Positions 58,747 through 64,000 of a stretch of 64,000 bases of DNA are shown piece by piece. Numbering within the stretch: position 1 is the first letter of the stretch; every line of letters starts with the position of its first letter. Made by a program: the position numbers and the translations under genes. Where the stretch lies: positions 372,372,001 to 372,436,000 of the forward strand of contig OZ024743.1 of NCBI GenBank assembly GCA_964016885.1, read 5' to 3'. This stretch comes from Eledone cirrhosa. Its lineage: Eukaryota. A model generated the notes under the pieces. That model had not been told where the DNA came from, did no database searches, and worked only from the letters and a program-made list of their open reading frames with translations.

Positions 58747-60817
58747 CTACCTTCTCTAATAAGTGTCATAAACATGTACCATGCATGCTACCGTCTCTAG
58801 TTAGTGTTACAAACATGTACCATGTCTGCTGCCTTCTCTAGTAAGTATCGTAAACATGTACCATGTATGCTACCTTCTCTAGTAAGTGTTATAAACATGT
58901 ACCATGTCTGCTACCTTCTCTAGTAAGTGTTATAAACATGTACCATGTATGCTACCTTCTCTAGTAAGTGTTATTAACATGTACCATGTATCCTACCTTC
59001 TCTAGTAAGTGTTATAAACATGTACCATGCATGCAACCTTCTCCAGTAAGTATCATAAACATGTACCATGTGTGCTACCTTCTCTTGTAAGTGTTATAAA
59101 CATGTGCCATGTATGCTACCTTCTCTAGTAAGTATCATAAACATGTACCATGCATGCTACCTTCTCTAGTAAGTGTTATAAACATGTACCATGTATGCCA
59201 CCTTCTCTAGTAAGTATCATAAACATGTACCATGCATGCTACCTTCTCAAGTAAGTGTTATAAACAAGTAACTTTTATAAACATGTACCATGTGTGCTAC
59301 CTTCTCTAGAAAGTGATATAAACATGTACCATGAATGCTGCCTTCTCCAGTAAGTGTTATAAACATGTACCATTTCTGCTATCTTCTCAAGTAAGTTTTA
59401 TAAACATATACCATGCATGCTACCTTCTCTAGTAAGTGTTATAAACATGTACCATGTGTGCTACCTTCTCTAGTAAGTGTTATAAACATGTACCATGTAT
59501 GCTACTTTCACTAGTAAGTGTTATTAACATGTACCATGTATCCTACCTTCTCTAGTAAGTGTTATAAACATGTACCATTCATGCTACCTTCTCTAGTAAG
59601 TGTTATAAACATGTACCATGTATGCTACCTTCTCTAGTAAGTATCATAAACATGTACCATGCATGCTACCTTCTCTAGTAAGTGTTATTAACATGTACCA
59701 TGTATCCTACCTTCTTTAGTAAGTATCATAAACATGTACCATGCATGCTACCTTCTCTAGTAAGTATCATAAACATGTACCATGTATGCTACCTTCTCAA
59801 GTAAGTTTTATAAACATGTACCATGTGTCCTACCTTCTCCAGTAAGTATTATAAACATGTACCATGTATGCTACCTTTTCTAGTAAGTGTTATAAAACTG
59901 TACCATGTATGCTACCTTCTCCAGTAAGTGTTATAAACATGAACCACGTGTGCTACCTTCTCTAGTAAGTGTTATAAGCATGTACCATGTCTGCTACCTT
60001 CTCTAGTAAGTGTTATAAACATGTACCATGCATACAACCTTCTCCAGTAAGTATCATAAACATGTAGCATGCATGCTACCTTCTCTAGTAAGTATCATAA
60101 ACATGTACACTGTATGCTAACTTCTCCAGTAAGTGTTATAAACATGTACCATGTATGCTACCTTCTCTAGTAGGTGTTATAAACATGTACCATGTATGCT
60201 ACCTTCTTTAATAAGTGTCATAAACATGTACCATGCATGCTACCTTCTCTAGTAAGTGTTATAAACATGTACCATGTGTCCTTCCTTCTCTAGTAAGTGT
60301 TATAAACATGTACCATGTCTGCTACCTTCTCTAGTAAGTATCATAAACATGTACCATGTATGCTACCTTATCTAGTAAGTATCATAAACATGTACCATGC
60401 ATGCTACCTTCTCTAGTTAGTGTTACAAATATGTACCATGCATGCTACCTTCACTAGTAAGTGTTATAAACATGTACCATGCATGCAACCTTCTCCAGTA
60501 AGTATCATAAACATGTACCTTGCATGCTACCTTCTCTAGTAAGTATTATAAACATGTACCATGCATGCAACCTTCTCCAGTAAGTATCATAAACATGTAC
60601 CATGTATGATACCTTCTCTAGTAAGTATCATAAACATGTACCATGTATGATACCTTCTCTAGTAAGTGTCATAAACATGTACCATGCATGCTACCTTCTC
60701 TAGTAAGTGTCATAAACATGTACCATGTATGCTACCTTCTCTGGTAAGTGTTATAAACATGTACCATGCGTGCTACCTTCTCTAGTAGGTATCATAAACA
60801 TGTACCATGTATGCTAC
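58747..60817. repeat. 41-bp satellite, spacer array 3 (2071 bp = 50 monomers + 17 + 4)
   Basis: Same ordered variant series as 54063-56051, plus two extra monomers (82 bp) near the right end. Confidence 0.98.
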
Positions 60818-63512
60818 TTTAGCAGTATTAGTTATAGATGTTATCGCCACTTTAGCAGGGTGGTAGAATCAGTGGTCGTTAGTTGCCAGTGTGGTAAGTG
60901 ATAGTATCCTCGTTGGATTATCTTGTTGACATAGACGTGAGGGAAGGTCCCTCGATCTATTTACCATCTATTTACAATATTCCTTTCGTCAGGTCGCCAA
61001 TTCCAGCAGCATGGATTAAAGATGCCATTGAGACACGAGTAACATAATAACGACTTCAACCGCAGTAATTAGAGATGAAATGTTTGTTTATTTATATGGT
61101 TGAAGTTACAGATAAAAAGAGGTTACAAAAGGGAATGTGCCATTGCGCCGTTAAGCCGGCGAGGCTAGGGGTGCAATATCTCACTGCTACATTATGCGTG
61201 TTGCTGGCTCGAAGTTTCTGGTACAAGAGAGAGATTCTTCAAATCTTCGCGGGGAATTTCTTCCTCAGGGCGCGTAGGGATACATCCTCTTCTACTGGCG
61301 CTGATTGGCTGAACTGAGCCAAATCACGCACAGAGAATGTATGTGAGCCCGTGGAATGTAGGTCACTACATCACCTCCGACCAGATTTTCAGCCGAAAAT
61401 CGATAACGAGGAAACCAAGGCCCCACATATTATTAAATCAGCAAGAACAAATGCTGAAAGAGCACATCAGTGAAAAAATAATTGAGCAGAAGGTTGCATG
61501 CAAGAACAAAAAATTAGGCGCTACGGGCCGTGTTGAGCCGCTGTGTCAAATGATCAGTTGTTTTGTTGTTTATACTTGACCGCCAAAGGTCTAACAAAAA
61601 ACGGATAAAGTCTGACATGGGCGGAGTTGCTGTTCTTGCATTAAATGTTAATGGTAAGTGTTGTACCAGTAGCTGTGAACGAAGCTATTATGGTAGTTTA
61701 CCAGTGCTGGCGAGAAAATGATGGCCCCCAGATGTATTGTCGAATGTGCTGTGGAGCCAGGAAAAAATGGCTGGTTGCTTTGTAAAGAACAAAAGGCAAG
61801 TTTAATCTGTAGGTGGGTTGCAGTGTAAATTCCATAATTCGGGCGAATCCACAGAAGTGGCCGAAATGTTGACAAGTCCAGTTCAATTTGTTGCTTTCCC
61901 AGCGAGTCGGGCAAAAACAACAATACGGATGGCCGTCATGGACGATCAGTGTGCAACGAGATGCGAAGCTGTTTGAGTTCAGCTGCAATTAGTATTCTCG
62001 TGTTGCGGTGACTGTTTGAATCCAGTGGATTAAGCTCTGTGAGCTGCTAGCATGTGACAGCATCTCAACCAGGTGAAAAGGGACTCGCAGAATATTACGT
62101 TTGAAGAACATATACCAAGAACAACATGTTGCTGTGTGATAAAAAAAATGTGTGCATATGCAGGCATGTAAAACAGCAAAGAATGTGAATGAACAAAAAC
62201 CATGAGCAAGCAAATAGCAAAAGAGCACAAAACAAGTAAATGCATTCTACAAAGAAATATGTGAATGTAACAAACTGATAATTCAAAGTCAATCTAGGGG
62301 AGCAGAGAAATTGCTCAATAAGTTCAAAGTTTTTCAAAGTCAAATAGTTCACACATCACCAGTGTACAGACACTAGTTCTATCTGAAAACTGAAAAAGAA
62401 GTTTGTTAATGCCGTTAGGGGTTAGATGTATGGTGTTTTTGTGAGATTTCGTGGCCATTTTCCCGTCCCGCCACATGGTTGTGTTGCTTATTGTTAAAGC
62501 AAAGTCAAAGAATCTTCTGTAGAGTAGGAGTCACCAAATATGGCAGTCACGTCTGACGCCATAATGGTGAGAAAACTACTGTCTCAATTTCTCGCGTCCC
62601 TGTGGCAACGAGACAGAAGGTATGGTGGTTGCGTCGGTAAAGTTACAAGCCGTTTTGAAATTTTCGATGTGTGGTGGTTGGCGTCGGTAAGGTTATGAAA
62701 CTGCCACTCACTGTTCCCTGTATTGGTCAGTGGTTAAACAACGCTGTCGCTGCTGCTGTCATTGCTGTTGTCAAGCGTAGCCATGACATGTCGGTAGCCA
62801 TCTTGAAATTTTTTCGTGGCGAAAAAGTTTTTGAAATACTGCTAATTTTTCAAAAATCTTAAAAGGAATATTCTGGATTTTCGCAAGTTGCGACGTGGCA
62901 ATAAAAGTTAAACTGAATGAATAAGAAGGGCTGCGTGATGTTCTTACGTCGGTCACCACTTTAGCAGTATTAATTATAGATGTTATCGCCACTTTAGCAG
63001 GGTGGTAGAATCAGTGGTCGTTAGTTGCCAGTGTGGTAAGTGATAGTATCCTCGTTGGATTATCTTGTTGACATAGACGTGAGGGAAGGTCCCTCGATCT
63101 ATTTACCATCTATTTACAATATTCCTTTCGTCAGGTCGCCAATTCCAGCAGCATGGATTAAAGATGCCATTGAGACACGAGTAACATAATAACGACTTCA
63201 ACCGCAGTAATTAGAGATGAAATGTTTGTTTATTTATATGGTTGAAGTTACAGATAAAAAGAGGTTACAAAAGGGAATGTGCCATTGCGCCGTTAAGCCA
63301 GCGAGGCTAGGGGTGCAATATCTCACTGCTACATTATGCGTGTTGCTGGCTCGAAGTTTCTGGTACAAGAGAGAGATTATTCAAATCTTCGCGGGGAATT
63401 TCTTCCTCAGGGCGCGTAGGGATACATCCTCTTCTACTGGCGCTGATTGGCTGAACTAAGCCAAATCACGCACAGAGAATGTATGTGAGCCCGCGGAATG
63501 TTGGTCACTATA
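60818..63512 (-). mobile_element. Non-autonomous LTR retrotransposon, copy 3 (LTRs 60818-61370 and 62960-63512)
   Basis: Offset 4766 from copy 2, with CTAC at 60814-60817 and 63513-63516. The terminal dinucleotide is mutated (plus-strand CA to TA at 63511). Confidence 0.9.
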
Positions 63513-64000
63513 CTACCTTCTCTAATAAGTGTCATAAACATGTACCATGCATGCTACCGTCTCTAGTTAGTGTTACAAACATGTACCATGTCTGCTGCCT
63601 TCTCTAGTAAGTATCGTAAACATGTACCATGTATGCTACCTTCTCTAGTAAGTGTTATAAACATGTACCATGTCTGCTACCTTCTCTAGTAAGTGTTATA
63701 AACATGTACCATGTATGCTACCTTCTCTAGTAAGTGTTATTAACATGTACCATGTATCCTACCTTCTCTAGTAAGTGTTATAAACATGTACCATGCATGC
63801 AACCTTCTCCAGTAAGTATCATAAACATGTACCATGTGTGCTACCTTCTCTTGTAAGTGTTATAAACATGTGCCATGTATGCTACCTTCTCTAGTAAGTA
63901 TCATAAACATGTACCATGCATGCTACCTTCTCTAGTAAGTGTTATAAACATGTACCATGTATGCCACCTTCTCTAGTAAGTATCATAAACATGTACCATG
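63513..64000. repeat. 41-bp satellite, array 4, open at the right edge of the window
   Basis: Starts with the same variant series (CTACCTTCTCTAATAAGTGTC...CTACCGTCTCTAGTTAG) as arrays 2 and 3. Confidence 0.98.

Noticed and set aside
51368-63512. Three independent, site-specific insertions targeting the satellite
   Set aside because: Identical TSDs, identical rare flanking variants and shared left-versus-right LTR differences point to post-insertion tandem duplication.

Overview
This window is non-coding eukaryotic repetitive DNA, probably from an invertebrate animal, and contains no credible protein-coding gene. Bases 1-46721 are a 37-bp satellite (consensus CACCATAGTCACAACTACTGTAAGACCACTGTATCAA, about 1,260 monomers) with nested higher-order duplications of 2628 bp x2, about 2754 bp x3, 1625 bp x2 and about 10.1 kb. 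A ~535-bp island (46722-47255) holds a 5'-truncated SINE-like element with a (GAT)n tail and a 29-bp-stem hairpin that runs into a second, unrelated 41-bp satellite (consensus TAAACATGTACCATGTATGCTACCTTCTCTAGTAAGTGTTA). That satellite is interrupted three times by the same 2695-bp minus-strand, non-autonomous LTR element. The element has 553-bp LTRs with TG...AA ends, a tRNA-Trp-like PBS, a short purine-rich tract, a 4-bp CTAC target-site duplication and no gag/pol. These features suggest the CsRn1/Kabuki lineage of Ty3/Gypsy. All three copies share the same TSD and flanking satellite variants, so they derive from one insertion that was tandemly amplified with about 2 kb of satellite into a ~4.7-kb macro-repeat. 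All coordinates and variants were read by eye.
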